Shown piece after piece: positions 1-14,773 of a stretch of DNA of 64,000 nucleotides; within the stretch, counting starts at the first letter, position 1, and every line of letters starts with the position of its first letter. The notes below the pieces were generated by a model. The model was not told where the DNA came from, did not search any database, and saw only the letters and a list, made by a program, of their open reading frames with translations. The translations under genes were made by a program, and so were the position numbers. This stretch comes from Octopus bimaculoides (taxonomy: Eukaryota), in assembly GCF_001194135.2 (NCBI RefSeq), contig NC_068991.1:77958504-78022503 (forward strand), read 5' to 3'.

Positions 1-3000
1 TTTATTTTTGTTGCAAAAAGTCATTTCATATGTACAAAATATATATATATATATATATATAGATATATATATATTATATAAAGGAGAAAAGTTGTATTAA
101 AATATGCAATGAATATATTTTGCAAAAATTTCAAATGACACTTCAAAAAGATTCAGAATAGATTTCTGGAAATTTCATAAAATTGTGTTTAGTTTTAGTG
201 TTTGCATTTCAACAAATAATGTATTCATTTTAAAACTCATGATAGTCTTGCAATATATTTTAAAATGATATTAATTAAAATAAACTAAACTAAAAAAATT
301 AAATGTAAATTATTGAAAATTTTAAGTTGAAAAATAATTAAAAAATAAATTTTTTAAATTGCCATTTTGTTAGACAAAAAAAAAATCAAAATCTTTAATT
401 TCTGAAGTGTTAGAGTGAAAAAGGATAGTTTGGTAGGATTTAGTACTTATTTTGGCAAACTGGAGATTAAAATCAAATAATTTGAAAGATTAAAGAATTT
501 CAGAAATGTCACTAGAATACAAAGGTAAATGAGGGGAGGGGTGGTGGGAATATAAGCAAAATTATTTAAATAGTTAATGTAATTAGTACTTGATAATATC
601 CTGGTTTAAACTGGATACAAAACTTGAATCTTTTAAAAATGAAGATTTTAGAAAACACAAAATGATTAGGAGTTAATGTTTAACCCTTTTGACTCCCAAC
701 TTTAACTGCTCCTCCACCACCTCTTTCTATGATGCACATTTCCTATTCTAAAGTGAACAAAATCAAAACTTCTTGCTAATCCATTTTCTAAGCACCAGAT
801 TAATAACAGCAAAATTTTACCTAATTAAAATAAAGGCAGTGTATGACAATAGAAATTATGGTAAGAAAAGGGTCAACTTCAATTTGGTGCTAATCAAGAA
901 GGAAACACAAAAAAAAAAGACTGGATGAGATTAGCAAGATTAATATTTGGATATATTATTAGGACCTAGATTATTGGATCTTAACTATTTATTTTATCTA
1001 TTGGCCCTTTATTTTATCTATGGGCCCTCCAGAGCTGTTCCATGTTTAAAAACTAGCTCTATCGATACTTCTTTCAGAATTCCTGTTTTGTTTTCCACCC
1101 ATTCCCTTGTGTATGTCTGCGACAGAACTCTCTAAGAGAACCTGTTTCAGTGACTGGAACGATGCTGAGCTGTGCAAAACAGCTGAGAAAAATCTAGTTG
1201 CTTCATGTCAGCACGGAAAACAGGAGCTAAATGAAGATATCGAAAGCAAAAGGTTTCCATGGACCCTTCAAGTGCTACTATGGAAACTACAATTTACTAT
1301 TTCACATGTATGAACCCTTGAAAATCTTATTTGGAACCCCTGTGGTCATGTGGAACAACCATTCTAGATTACTCTCATGAATGGATAGCAGTTCAGAATT
1401 TCCTACAAGTTTTCAGCTGTTTAATTAAATGAATTAATTACCCAAGAGTTAAGCATGAGGTACTTTTTATATCGTTCAATCCTTTTTTTTCCATTCTAAA
1501 CACAGTAAGCGGCTGAGCATTCCATAGACTTGTATACCCTAAACAACTTTCAGGTGAATTCAGTGCCCCTTTGAATTACAAGGGCAATCCATTCAGCAGG
1601 CTTCCACACAGTCTCCATCTACAACCAAATTTTACTTGGAAGGTATGATTTCACTCAGAGGTATAGCAAGACCCCCAAAATGCAAAATAGTGGGATTAAG
1701 TCAGAGACCTTGCAAGTGAAAAGGGAACATTTTTTAACCCTCTGGCCACACTGAAATTACAAAGAGTCATTGTGTGTGTTACCATTTTGTCTTTTTCTTA
1801 TCACAGTATACCATATTATTCAAAGTGTCCTATGCTAGTTAAAATATGACTTGGCTACCGTTTTTAACATATCAAGAAACTGCAGAGGTTCTCTTGTTGG
1901 TTTAAAATGTTTAAAGTACATACCTAAAGTACAAATGGCTTAGCCAAAACTTCCATCCTTCAGATAACAACCCATCTAAAAACCTCCCTGGTCCTAAGAC
2001 ACAAACTCCCTGTTTTAAAATGATCTAAATTACATCAAAATTTCCTGTGACATTTCAAATACCAGCTGAATAGTAACAAAATTAGTTTACTAATTTTTTC
2101 TTTATTTTCAAAGGCAGTGTTTCAACAACAATCTCTAGTATGGTATTAAACATTTGTTTGTGATGGTCAACACACACACACACACACACATACATACATA
2201 CATACATACACACTAAGAAAATTTCATGATTTACATCAAACTTACCCCTGTCCATTAGATTAGTTTCCTTGAATATTGATAATCTAGGCATTATATCATT
2301 AACCCTTTTGATACCAATCTGCTCAAGGCTGTTCTTCTTTCTACAACACAGACTTCCTTTCTTAAACTGATCTAAATTTAAACTTTGCATTTAAATTTCA
2401 TAACAATTTATGTTCCAAAGCTTAATAATAACAACAAAGTTATTTTAGGAACTTTTACAGTTTTTTCTAAATTGAATGAAACAAAATTGATGCATTTCAA
2501 CAGAAATATGATTGCAAAAGTAGTATAAAAAAAAATATCAGCAATGAAGTTTAATTCCAAGCAATTCCTAACCAGAACTTTAATTTTTAAGATTTGTATT
2601 TCAAAATTCAAGTCTAACTTGTGTATCATTTACTGAGAGGAGGTGGGCAGGGAGGGAGTGTAATTCTTTGGTTATTCTAAAGCATGTTGGAGACATCACT
2701 GAGACAGCATTCTACTCTAGTTTCAATTTATTTTGGGTCAAAACTCTTGTATATTGTAGCTGTAGTTTGCTTTTGAGATATGTATATATACATATCTGTG
2801 TATTGCCCATGCACTTTACTAATTAATACTGCATTTTCTAATGAATCCAACTAATTGAGAGATGATTATATTCATATTCAATATGTTCTCCAACAAAAGA
2901 ACCCCTTGTTAATTAATTTCTTAACCCCTCCCCCACTCCCACCTTTTGTTTTTGTCTTTTCATTAAGTTTCATTAAGTATCTCTCCCAGGCACTTAATGA

Positions 3001-4228
3001 TGGTAAATATTCTAAGAAAATACTTTGAAAGAAGTGATCACGTGATGTTGCCCCTGATTGACAATTTATTACAACTCTTGAGACAAAATAATCTTTAATC
3101 TGTACGGATTAAAGATTATGCAAACGAGAGACAATGTGTAGACAAGTTCCTTTGCTTCAATGATTAGAGTGGAACTGCCATGTTGATGGTTGTGGGCGTT
3201 ATATGAAAACATCAGAGGAGGGAACAATATTTCCCAAAGATAATTAATGTGAGAGAGACAGAGAGAGACTAACGAGAAAAAAAACAGGCAGTCTGTGGAA
3301 TAAAAACAAAAAAAAGAAGAGCAAACTGGGCCTGACAGTGTGACAAATATTTGAAACAGAAACAGTTGAAATATCAATGAAGAAAATGTTTACTTTGGAA
3401 GACAAAATGTATTTAAAGGAAAATGGCTGAATATCAATTATAAAACAGTTTTCAGCACTGCAAAAATTTCAAATACATTAATTATGTTAAAGCAATTTAA
3501 TTGATAATTATATGATCATCAGATAGGGGTTGTTTTTTTTTGTTTGATTTTTTTTTTTTTTTTTACAACAATTATAATTTGTCATCTTTTTTTAAGGAAC
3601 ATAAATGCATATAAAGATTATTATGGGTCACATCTAATACAAATGAAAAGGAGTTAAAAAAAAACAAAAAAAACGATCATTTAACACAAAAATGTAAAGG
3701 ATCAAGAAAACTTTTTAAGTAACTTTTAATATAAGAATACATAATTTTATGAGAGACACAAGACAATATATACATCAATTCTTTCTTTACATATTTCCTC
3801 AAGTACTAAAACAAACCGACAAATTCAGTGCGCTTTCCAGCTCAATTAGTAAAAAGTATAGATTGAGTAAAAAAATATAATTATTGTATTTTGATATTTA
3901 AATGTTTTCTTTTCTTTTTTTTTACTTTTCCTCCACTGTGGTATACACAACCAACATTTTATGCAAGACTAATTTTCAAATAATTGTAGCCAACAGAAAA
4001 ATCTCACTTTCTAGGGAACGACATACAAAACACACACAATTATAATGCGATAAAGATGGTTTCTCAATGTCTTGTTTAACCCCAAGTCAGCCTTGACTGA
4101 GAAGACTTACGATCAAAGGTATCCAGTTCATACATACAAAAACACACACACACATATATCCAGGCACACAAACATGTATGTGTGTATATATATAGATATA
4201 TAGATATATATGTATGCATGCACATATC

Positions 4229-4276
<48 letters not shown>

Positions 4277-4450
4277 CACACACATATATATAGATGTCTG
4301 CTTGAACAAACAGGATACATAGAACTCAAAACATGAGTAATATATGTTATTTTTCGTTTTTAATCAGCAAAAGTAATACAAACTGACTCTCAGTCCTTGA
4401 CTCACTTTGCAACTTCTGATAATTCAGTGAAAATTCAGATATATATACAT

Positions 4451-4489
<39 letters not shown>

Positions 4490-4516
4490 GATAGATAGAT
4501 AGATATAGACAGTTGT

Positions 4517-4880
4517 GGCGCTTCGTCGGTTATGACGATGAGGGTTCCAGTTGATCCGATCAACGGAACAGCCTGCTCGTGAAATTAACGTGCAAGTGGC
4601 TGAGCACTCCACAGACACGTGTACCCTTAACGTATTTCTCAGGGAGATTCACCGCGACACAGAGTGTGACAAGGCTGACCCTTTGAATTACAGGCACAAC
4701 AGAAACAGGAAGTAAGATTGAGAGAAAGTTGTGGTGAAAGAGTACAGAAGGGTTCGCCACCATCCCCTGCCGGAGCCTCGTGGAGCTTTAGGTATTTTCG
4801 CTCAATAAACACTCACAATGCCCGGTCTGGGAATCAAAACCGCAAATCCACTGCCCTAACCACTGGGCCATTGTACCTCC
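4517..4880 (-). mobile_element. tRNA-derived SINE, family A
   Basis: Reverse-complement homologue of 58634-59012. Confidence 0.85.
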
Positions 4881-5691
4881 ACTATAGACAGTAAATCAAG
4901 GGTTAAATATACTCAACTTGAAGGCTTGAAAGAGGTCACCTCCTTAAATATTAAATTTCCAAACAATTAAGATAGCATAATTATTCACTAATTGTGTCAA
5001 TCAATATTCAAAATCATAAATCTGTTGTTCAATAAGTTTCTTGATTTTGTTTTTTCTCAACAAATGTAAAAGTTATCCTATAAAACTGAGAGACATGAGA
5101 TGAAAATTGTGAACACATTTTTCAAAAGTATTCATGATTTCTAACAGGTCAACTAAGCCGAGAGAGGATTCCTCCTTGCTCTGGATATCTAGTTCTAGTG
5201 AGAGTCAAAGAATATGAAGATGGATTTCTAAAATAAAATTAACCCATTTGATATCAACCTGCCTCTGACCACATTTGTTCTATCGTACAAACTTTTTGTT
5301 ATAGAAATATTTAAACTAAAACCTTCCATAAAAATGTTATTTCAATTTATGTTCTAAATACTAAGTTAATGACAAACTTATGTTATAAAATTCTTCATTA
5401 TTTTCAAAGCTAATGGATTTCAGCAGAAACCTAGTAACAAAAGGCTAAACATTTTGTATGCATTCTAAATAAAAAACAGTTGAGCATTGGTATGTTGTCT
5501 AGAATGTGAGAAATGGTCCTGTAGAATTTTAGAGAAAACAAATATTTAAAGACAAAAATAGTGGGTTTCATTTGGATAAAAATCAACAAATGTAAATATT
5601 TTACCAATAGTAGTAGTTTTTTTTTTTAATCTTCTTTCAATGAAAAGAAACAAAATAGTTTCCATGTTACACCTTGAGAGTTTATCTAGAC

Positions 5692-6005
5692 CAGCAGTTC
5701 CTAACCTTTGGGTCACCATATAATTTCTGAACAGGTTACAATGACAAAATCTTTTATTTTTGATATAAATATTTTGTTTTAAAAAAAACGCAAAATATCC
5801 ATAAATAAATCATAAACATTAGGGCCACAACACAACATTTACTGTAAAAAGCTGAAGAATGTTTCTCTTACAAGAAGCATCAATGTTGAGCCCATTGGAA
5901 TATCAAAAGAAAAAAAAAATCCCCCAAAAAACAAAACAATAGGGCTATGGTGGTCTAAGGATTTGCAAAAATGGGAGACAATGGCACAAGGTTAGGAAAT
6001 TTCTG
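5692..6005. mobile_element. hAT (Charlie-like) MITE
   Basis: Imperfect TIRs cagcagttcctaacctt / aaggttaggaaatttctg. 8-bp TSD atctagac / atctagag (7/8) fits the NTCTAGAN Charlie target. Confidence 0.75.
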
Positions 6006-9000
6006 ATCTAGAGGTCACTTCCTTAAATATTACATTTTCCAAAACAATTAAGATGATATAATTATACACTAATCGTGTCAATTGATATTCAAAATCAAAT
6101 GTGTAGTTCAATCAGTCTCAATGTTTTTTTTTCTTCAACAAATGTATATGTAACCCTATAAAACTGGGAGTTTTGAGATGAAAGCTGTGAACACATTTCA
6201 CAAAAGAAGTCATGATGTGAATGAATGAAAAACAACTTGGTTCACTGATAAAAGTTTACTTCACAATGGTGAGTATAACCTGTCTTTGAAAGATATTACT
6301 AAAGACATTTCAAAAAATAGTTGTTTTGTGGGAAGAAACAGACAAATTATAACATTTTCATTGCATATACTGATCTGAATGAAATTCTTCCAGATTTGTT
6401 GTTTTTTGTTAGCTTTTATCAATCAGACCCAGGATTTGTAGATTGTTTGTTTTTCAGATTTGTAAATTAACAAATGACATTGTATCTACATGAGAAATTG
6501 ATGCAAAGCTTCAAATTCAAATAAAAAAAACTTCATGAGATGATAGAACATTCATACTTGCTCAACAGCTTTAACATGAAGAAACAAGTGAGGGTCTGCA
6601 TTGGAAAATGATAAGTATTACAAATTTACGAGTTGATGAACATCATTTTGCTGTGAGGAGGAGGAGGATGGAATTAATGTCTTGTGTAGAATCCAAGACC
6701 CTTCATTACAAAACTGGGTAAAACTGAAGCATTTCGTGAAAACAAACTTATGAATATCAGGAAGGGTACTGTTTTAAAAGTCTGCAGCAGAACTGGCTGA
6801 CAATGCCATCAATGTGTGTGGTGGCCCAACTTGCCAAGAGCAAAGTAGGTATACTAATTATGTTTGGCATCTTACAAATACAGCAGGGGGTGGTAGGGAG
6901 TGAAAATAACGAATAAAATCAAATTCATTTCAGCCCTTTTGATACCAATCCAACTGTGACCACCTCTGGGTCGATGGTACAATCATTTTGTTTTAAAGTG
7001 ATCTAAATTAAAACTTGTATACAAATATTATTCAAACATTTTTCCAGAAACAATTTCCATTACTTCTACGATGTTACAACTTAGCTAAACAACAAGAGTG
7101 ACGGGCGATATGTACACCTTACAAAACCATATTCAATTACACATACTAATCATTAAATTTACTATTAAGTCCACCTTACTAATAAAATATAATCTCCATT
7201 ATCCAGATACAGAAATAACATAAAATTTCATTGGTTTAATAATAAAGTTATTTTACTAAATTCTTAATTATTTTCAAAATCAATGTAACCCAACTGAATA
7301 TGGTAACAAAAGATTGCACAGGGGAAATAGGGGGTGAAATGTGTGTGTGTGTGAGGGAAGGCAGTGACCCAGGAGGAGTATAAAGATATTCACCCTGTTT
7401 TTAGCAAGAATGTGTGAATTAAAACAGAAAATGTCAGTTGGGTATTACTTTCTAAGCACCTTGATTCTTGTAAATGAGTTGAAAGCTTACAGTTTGGGAT
7501 AGCAGCTTCAAAGGTCACAAATTAGTACATTTGGTCGTAAGGTTGCGGAAAAGTAAGGAGCCTTATCTTTGATAGGGATTCGTGAGGTGAAAAGAATTAA
7601 ACTGATAAAGCACCTCCTTCCTAAGGTCCAATCAGAAGTAACAACCGTCATTTGCCTTTCCAACTGGATTCTCAACTATGACCAAATGAAACAATGGATA
7701 CTTCAACAAACTCATTCTTGGTCTACTCTGAGGTCTCCAGTCAGTTGGCACAACTTGAATACATCATCATTGGTGTAAAGATAACAAGTTATGACAGCCT
7801 CACACACAAACAGGATAATTCCAACTGTTGAGGTGATTCTTATTTCTCCATTTGATTCTTGTTGGTGTACGACCATTTGATCTGTCTCAATACTTGACAG
7901 AACTCACAACCAAGAGATGCTTAGTCTCAGCAGAATAACCAACTGAAATTCATACATTTTCAGTTTTTCCTCTTTGTAAAAAATCAAGAAAATTTTATTT
8001 GTAAGGGTACCAGCATTCGGCCTGCCTGAGGTGCCAGTAACTCTAGAGAGGACGATGGGAAACTAGGATATTTGTTTGGTTTCTCTCTTGGGATTTTACA
8101 GTTTTGTAAATGCATTTCTGTGATGTGGGATATGATTTTCCACCTCAAATATTTTTAGCTTCTGATACTTTTTATCTCATTGATCTGTGAAAGATCAAAG
8201 TTTATCATTTAAATAATACATTTTTATGGTAGACAAGAAAATATATATCTCTTAGATTATTTTCAGATATATTTAAATTGTTGCACATATTACTGAAATT
8301 AATTATTAATGAAATAATATATTATTTCATTAGCAGTTAAGATATATGAAGACAAACAGGGATATAACAAAAAAAAAAAAGATGATTTAAACAACAATTT
8401 TATAATGATGGATCCTTAAACAGGGGAAAAAATACTATCAAATTAGCTGAGAGCATCTGGAAATTATTGGAAAACACTCAGACTAGAGTAATAAATGGAA
8501 AAATCCTAGAATGATCTAGATCCTTCCAAAGTGGAAGTAAAAGGTGTGACCTGTGTACAGGAGGAGAATTCTAAAATGCCTTTCAATACAAAACCTCTAG
8601 ATAAATGCCAGATCAGAGATATTCAGGAAATGGAGACATTTTGAAAAGCACTCATTACACAACTGGGAAATACTGCCTTAGCTGACTACAATTACATATA
8701 CACACAGACAACTGATATTTCACTTCAGAATTCCTGCTCTTCTCTTTTCCAGATTTCCTCCATTCCTCTAATTTGATTTTCTATTTGCATTTTAATCCTA
8801 AGTCTATCTTCCCTTTTTGTCATTTGTATTATCCCCACTTCCCACTGATGGAGATTAATTCTCCACCACCCCCAATTTTAACTTTTGTTTTCTCTCAACT
8901 TTAAGATCACAATTATTGTGAAATATCTCACAACTCCTGAGGATAAGTTATCCACCTTGATGGAGGTCAGAGAGAAAATAACTTTTAAAAATATTTCTCT

Positions 9001-9167
9001 TATTTTTGTAGCATGAGAAGACATACAGAGCTTGAAGGCCAAAACAGCAAAACCAGTGGAAGGCTGAGACAATAAGCTAACTTGCTTTTTTTATGACAAA
9101 TATATTTATATTTATGTACTACATATTTCATATCTTTTATATCAGTTACCAAGCATGATATAATGTA

Positions 9168-9219
<52 letters not shown>

Positions 9220-9323
9220 TGCATATATACATACATATATGTATGCATGTATATATGAGTGACACAGACGGAGAAAGAGAATAATTGTGAATAAATTTTG
9301 TGATATGAAACAAACTTACTGCA

Positions 9324-9373
<50 letters not shown>

Positions 9374-10206
9374 GGATCCACTTCTATTGTAGTAAACGAA
9401 ATTTACACCTGACATCAAGTGCTGTCACCTCTGTAACCCTAATCAATACATGATAACATAAACACTCATGTCTCATGGTCTGGTGGTCAGCAACCAAATT
9501 GCTAACCTCACCCAGTTTACTGGATGAGGGGTGGGGAATCAGCAGGATGAGATAAAAATCTATCAAGGATGATAGACTCTCTTACAAAGAAGCCCACAGT
9601 CAACCCATGAAATCTGGAGGGGTGACAAATATCAGCAAGTTGTGTACCTATTGAAACACAGAAAACCTAGGCTGTGTTTCTTGCAGCCTCATCATACTAT
9701 GGATTTTCATTGACAACAACCCCAGCAGTTTTTGGCTTCAATTTAACCCACAGAAATAACCTTCTTTAAGGGGCCCTTCTACCACCCAAAAACTAGCCTG
9801 GTGAGTATTTTTTCAATGTCCAGTAATTGGTCCCTGTTACTCAATAAAGAAGTGATCTCTAACCCCTTATTACTTTACCTGAATACCACCTCCCTCTCAA
9901 TTAATAATGGCAGTATACATCTTAACCCATTAATCAGAAAATCTTCTCTGCCACCCAATAAGGCTGCATTATCCCCATTACTTTAAGAACAGGTTGATAC
10001 TTCATCTATAAGGGAACATCCTCAACAATTCAAAAATAATTCCTGGAGTTTCAGTAAAAGAGAATATCTTTCATAGCTTTTGACACAAGTTTATAGATTT
10101 GGTGCTTAACACGGATCTCAACTGCTTTAAGCAGATGAGGTGCAGCCCCTCCTCGTTCACACTGCTAGCTTACACAATACTTCATGGTTTTGTCTACAAG
10201 CCTAAT

Positions 10207-10252
<46 letters not shown>

Positions 10253-10318
10253 NNNNNNNNNNNNNNNNNNNNNNNNNNNNNNNNNNNNNNNNNNNNNNNN
10301 NNNNNNNNNNNNNNNNNC

Positions 10319-10711
10319 TTTAGTCAAGCAAATCAACCTCAGGACTTATTCTTTGGAAGCCTAGTACTTATTCTATCGATTTCTTTTGCCAAAGCGCTAA
10401 GTTACGGGGACGTAAACACACCAGCATCGATTGTCAAGCGATGTTGGGGGGACAAACAGACACACAAACATATACACACACATACATATATTCATTTATG
10501 TGTTTCAGCCAAGTGGCTGCAGTCGTGCTGGAGCACCACCATATATATACAACGGGCTTCTTTTAGTTTCCATCTACCAAATCCACTCACAAGGCTTTGG
10601 TCAACCCGAGGCTATAGTAGAAGACACTTGCCCAAGGTGCCATGCAGTGGGACTGAACCTGGAACCATGTGGTTGGCAAGGAAGCTACTTACCACACAGC
10701 CACTCCTACAC
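10319..10711 (-). mobile_element. tRNA-derived SINE, family B, reverse; further (-) copies near 17040, 18130, 44700-44980, 49380, 51117, 55680, 60340-60687
   Basis: Reverse complement of the family B consensus, truncated by the N-gap. Confidence 0.8.
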
Positions 10712-11999
10712 CTACATATTATATAGGTAGTCAGGGTAAAATCCCAGCTGTCTGATGATTTTCTAATGGGAAATTCCTTAAACATATATATAACATGTAA
10801 ACCTTCATAATTCCTATTAGCAAATGAAACATTTGTAATGGAGACTAAATAATACCAAAAAATATCCACTTCCTGGTTTTGTTATATAAGCACACACACA
10901 CATGTGTATTAAGTTTGGTCACTGAAGTGGAATGCCAGCTTTCGCTATGTGGAAAATATGTATTCCCCAGGAAAGATCCACAATAACGGTGAAACCTGGC
11001 AGTTGGAACCCCTTCAAGGGTTCCAGGTGTGTTGTTGATGGTTAGAGAAGTTGAGGTGGGACAATGTTTTCTTAATACAAGCAAAGACTGTATTTTAGGC
11101 TGTTTGAAGGAAATTGGTATGACATCTTTGAAAGATGATTTCAAAGATTCTGTTCATGGAGTCAATGTAGAATTAGTATGAAATGTCTGGAATGCATGTC
11201 GATGCCTAGGTTGTATCAAGCTTGGAAAGGCAACATGCACTAAATAGAAGGAAAACAGAACGTATCACTGCATACTTGGTAACGATTTCCTAAGTATAAT
11301 AGAAGCAGACAGAGAAATGACTTTGCCATGAATGTTCTTTTCCATGAACTTTAATCAACGGAAATGAAGTGTACAGATATGAGCCAGGAATAAAACAAAA
11401 AATGGATCAAAAACTCAGTACACGCTGGCATAATGTGAAGTGTACACAGAGCTACCAGTTTATATGAGGTAGGTATCCAATTTGGCTACTGCACAGGGAG
11501 TGGCCAAAACCCAATCTAATTCCTTGGTCAGCACAACAAGAGGTCATCTATAATGCTTGCTCTCACATAGGCATATTGTTGATATTGTTTTATCACATAA
11601 ATTGAGGCTATCAGTTTTTCAAGGGGAGATAAATGGGGAAGTCAGATGTCAAAGCTTTTCACAAAGTATTTTAGCAATGTTATTAAAAGACTTCAACAAA
11701 AGTAATTCTAAATGGGAAATGATTAGAGGTGGGGCAGGGCAGAGACTCAATAAATCAATGAACTTACTGCCATATTGATAACTCTTTCCTTGATCACACT
11801 AACATGAATAACTGAAACTTTTAAGAGTGTGTAGGGAGGTTTATGACGTGTATATATTTTCCAAGGACAAATTTGTATTTATTTCCTTAACTCCAAGCTG
11901 TTTGAACTATCGGGTCATAGATTTGAAACTAAATAGAATTCTCCCCAACCACCCCCACCCAGTACAGACAGTAATGGTCATTGTTGTGGGAAAGAACAG

Positions 12000-12117
12000 A
12001 AATGGGAAACATTTCAAATAGAAAATGAGTAACAAACTCTGAGAGAGGAAAGAAAAACATTATTGATATGCAATAGCAAATATGTAGGAGAACATATTAT
12101 ATGTCTGTCTGTCTGTC

Positions 12118-12209
<92 letters not shown>

Positions 12210-12300
12210 GATTTACATATATATATGACCATGTGTATGTGTATCTGAAAACTTTTATATGCATGCATATATATGTGTGTGTGTGTGACTGCATGTGTAT

Positions 12301-12344
<44 letters not shown>

Positions 12345-12502
12345 ATGACGTGATTGAGCAGGCTATCAGATGCCGTTATATGTCACTGGTCACAATGAGC
12401 CCTGCTTTGCATCATTTTAGCTTTTCAATGACACCACCCACTTGCTGGCTAGGGTGAGAAGGCCAATGTGTGTGTGTATGTGTGTATAATTTATATGTAA
12501 GC

Positions 12503-12533
<31 letters not shown>

Positions 12534-12997
12534 CACACACACATAATTAACAAAACATTTAAAATTTGAATAGATAATCGTATATGATAATAAATGTAAA
12601 TGTTTTTAAACACAGTCTTAAGATGAAAGCCATTTTAAAAAACATTTTTTGAATACAAATGTTGAATGGTTGAGAATGAAATGAATTTAGAAAAATGCCT
12701 TGTCACTCTTGGATAACTCTTTGTTTGTGTGTGTGTGTGTGTGTGTGTATACACACATATATATATATAATGGATATCTTTGAATATAAGCTGTAATTAA
12801 GTATGGGCAACAGTGCACTCCTATGTTCATAGTTCAGGAAGAATAAAATGCAGTATATTAGAATAATATGCACCAACAAATTTTGACTAAATATTTCTTT
12901 AAAAAAAATGAAAAAAAAAGAACAAATGCAGCTTACACTCAAATATGTGTAACACTTACATCGCCATGAATATATAATCTATGTATTTATTATGCAC

Positions 12998-13040
<43 letters not shown>

Positions 13041-13220
13041 CACACACACACATATGTACACATACATAGATGAACATGTACAGATATGCACATATACATA
13101 TACATGCATACATGTGTTTTATACATAAAGTGTATACAAGGCAGTCACACACACACACACACATCCTCCAACATATATAAACATGCATACCCTCACACGC
13201 ATCCACACAAACTACGTACT
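12000..13220. repeat. Dense (TA)n/(TG)n/(CA)n microsatellite cluster just downstream of the stop codon; many similar tracts occur throughout the window
   Basis: Visible directly; source of the IYIY/CVCV/HTHT pseudo-ORFs. Confidence 0.9.
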
Positions 13221-13247
13221 CACACACTGGGATTTAGAGTCAATGGA

Positions 13248-13427
13248 TTATCCATCAAGCCAAGATATAGGAACCCACTGTGGCTCTACTTCAAGACGGT
13301 TAATCTCCATCAAAAGTTCATCATATGTCCTCGACTGATTACTGTTCACAATTATGTGGTCGAAATAATGGCCATACACCTCTTCCATTTCTCGTGCCCT
13401 CTCAATGATTTCTTTCAGTTGATTCTC
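13248..13427 (-). CDS. MPP5: MPP5/Stardust last coding exon: GK C-terminus with stop (absent from the ORF track)
   Basis: ttgtctttcAG acceptor; 180 nt. [59 protein letters not shown], ending in the MAGUK WVP.W motif. Confidence 0.96.
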   Translation of the reverse strand, partial: ENQLKEIIERAREMEEVYGHYFDHIIVNSNQSRTYDELLMEINRLEVEPQWVPISWLDG

Positions 13428-14773
13428 CTGAAAGACAATAAAAGCAAAGAACTGTCAGTCAAATGGAATAATCCAACAATTATTTCTTAATTCCAGTGAG
13501 TAGATTCAAAGATCAGTCTTAAAACTTATCTACAGTGGATGAACGAACAAAAAATAAATAAATGGAAATTAAAGGGGGAAAAAAAAGATAACTCGGCATA
13601 GGCATGGCTGTGTGGTTAAGATGGTCTCTTCTCAATCATGCTGTTTTGGATTCAGCCCCAGTGTCTGACAACTTGGGCAAATGTTTTCTATCATTGTCCT
13701 GGGCTGACCAAAGCCTTGTGAGGAGATCTGGCAGTTAGAACCTGAGAGAAGCTTATCATATATATCATCATCATCATTTAACGTCTGCTTTCCTTGCCGG
13801 CATGGACTGGATGATTTGACTAAGTATGATCCCTAGTCATTTAGGGGACATATTTACTAATGAAGTATGTGTTATTAAGGAGCTGACTTCCTCAATTCCA
13901 CTTACCATATGGTTTTGACTTGAATCCTGTTAGGTGACACCTTGAACGTTTTCAGCAATATCCTAAAGTTGATCAATGCCTTGTGAGAAACATTTGGTCA
14001 ACAGAAAGTGTACAGTGGCAATGTGTGTGTGTGTATATATATAGTCTATGTATGTCCTTGTATGTGTGTCTTCACATTGGACACAGCATTCTAGCTGACA
14101 CTCTAAAGTTTCAAACAAGTTCCAACTTTATATGAAGTCATATACATAAGTATTTAGTCCCAATGTAAAATTAGGGGTCAGAGTCTTTTTGGCAGATTAG
14201 AAAGAGGCTAAACCATTTAGTGCTATTGTCATATGAAAGGTCATTAGGACCCACTCACCTCTACCTCCCAAGATATCAAAAGTTTTCTTTTCTTAAATGT
14301 TGGGGTTGAAAACGGTTGGGAATGTGGATATAATGTATGAACATCGGAGAAATAAGTCATACATAGGACAGGCAAAGAGTTAAAAATTTAAACAAAATCA
14401 TGCAAAGCAGACCTAATGTGCATGGCAGTACAAGGTTGAAAATCCAACACTAATTACTAGAATACTAATTACAAGTCGTTAAACATAAATTTGGGAGTAT
14501 GCAAGATGTCAATGTTATATGTCTTTCTTTAAATCAGAAGGGAGCAATTTGAGGGAGCTTTTGCTCATATTTCCTCGCAAGTGACCCCATACAGGCTGGC
14601 TAGCTCAATAGGATATGATGGGCACACAGCACTTAATGTATTGGCAAACAAAGAACTGTCCAGAAGACAGATGGAGTTTTGATGCTTGGTTTTTAGATTG
14701 TTTCCGCATCTCACTAAAGAATGATTTAATATTGGAAAAAGAAAAACAATAATAAAAGAAGTGAATAACTTAC

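Noticed and set aside
7725-7910. ~60-codon minus-strand open stretch (…MVVHQQESNGEIRITSTV…) near a candidate acceptor at 7943
   Set aside because: All three frames from that acceptor hit a stop before or at the start of the stretch; no recognisable homology.
9380-10210. Possible retroelement RT remnant (PNKAALSPLL resembling PQGS.LSPLL)
   Set aside because: A single weak motif with no other RT motifs readable by eye; a translated search is needed.
13212-13250. Stop-codon readthrough or editing of TAA extending the C-terminus by ~12 aa
   Set aside because: TAA-T is a low-readthrough context, a single A-to-I edit still leaves a stop, and WVPISWLDG* is a normal MAGUK ending.
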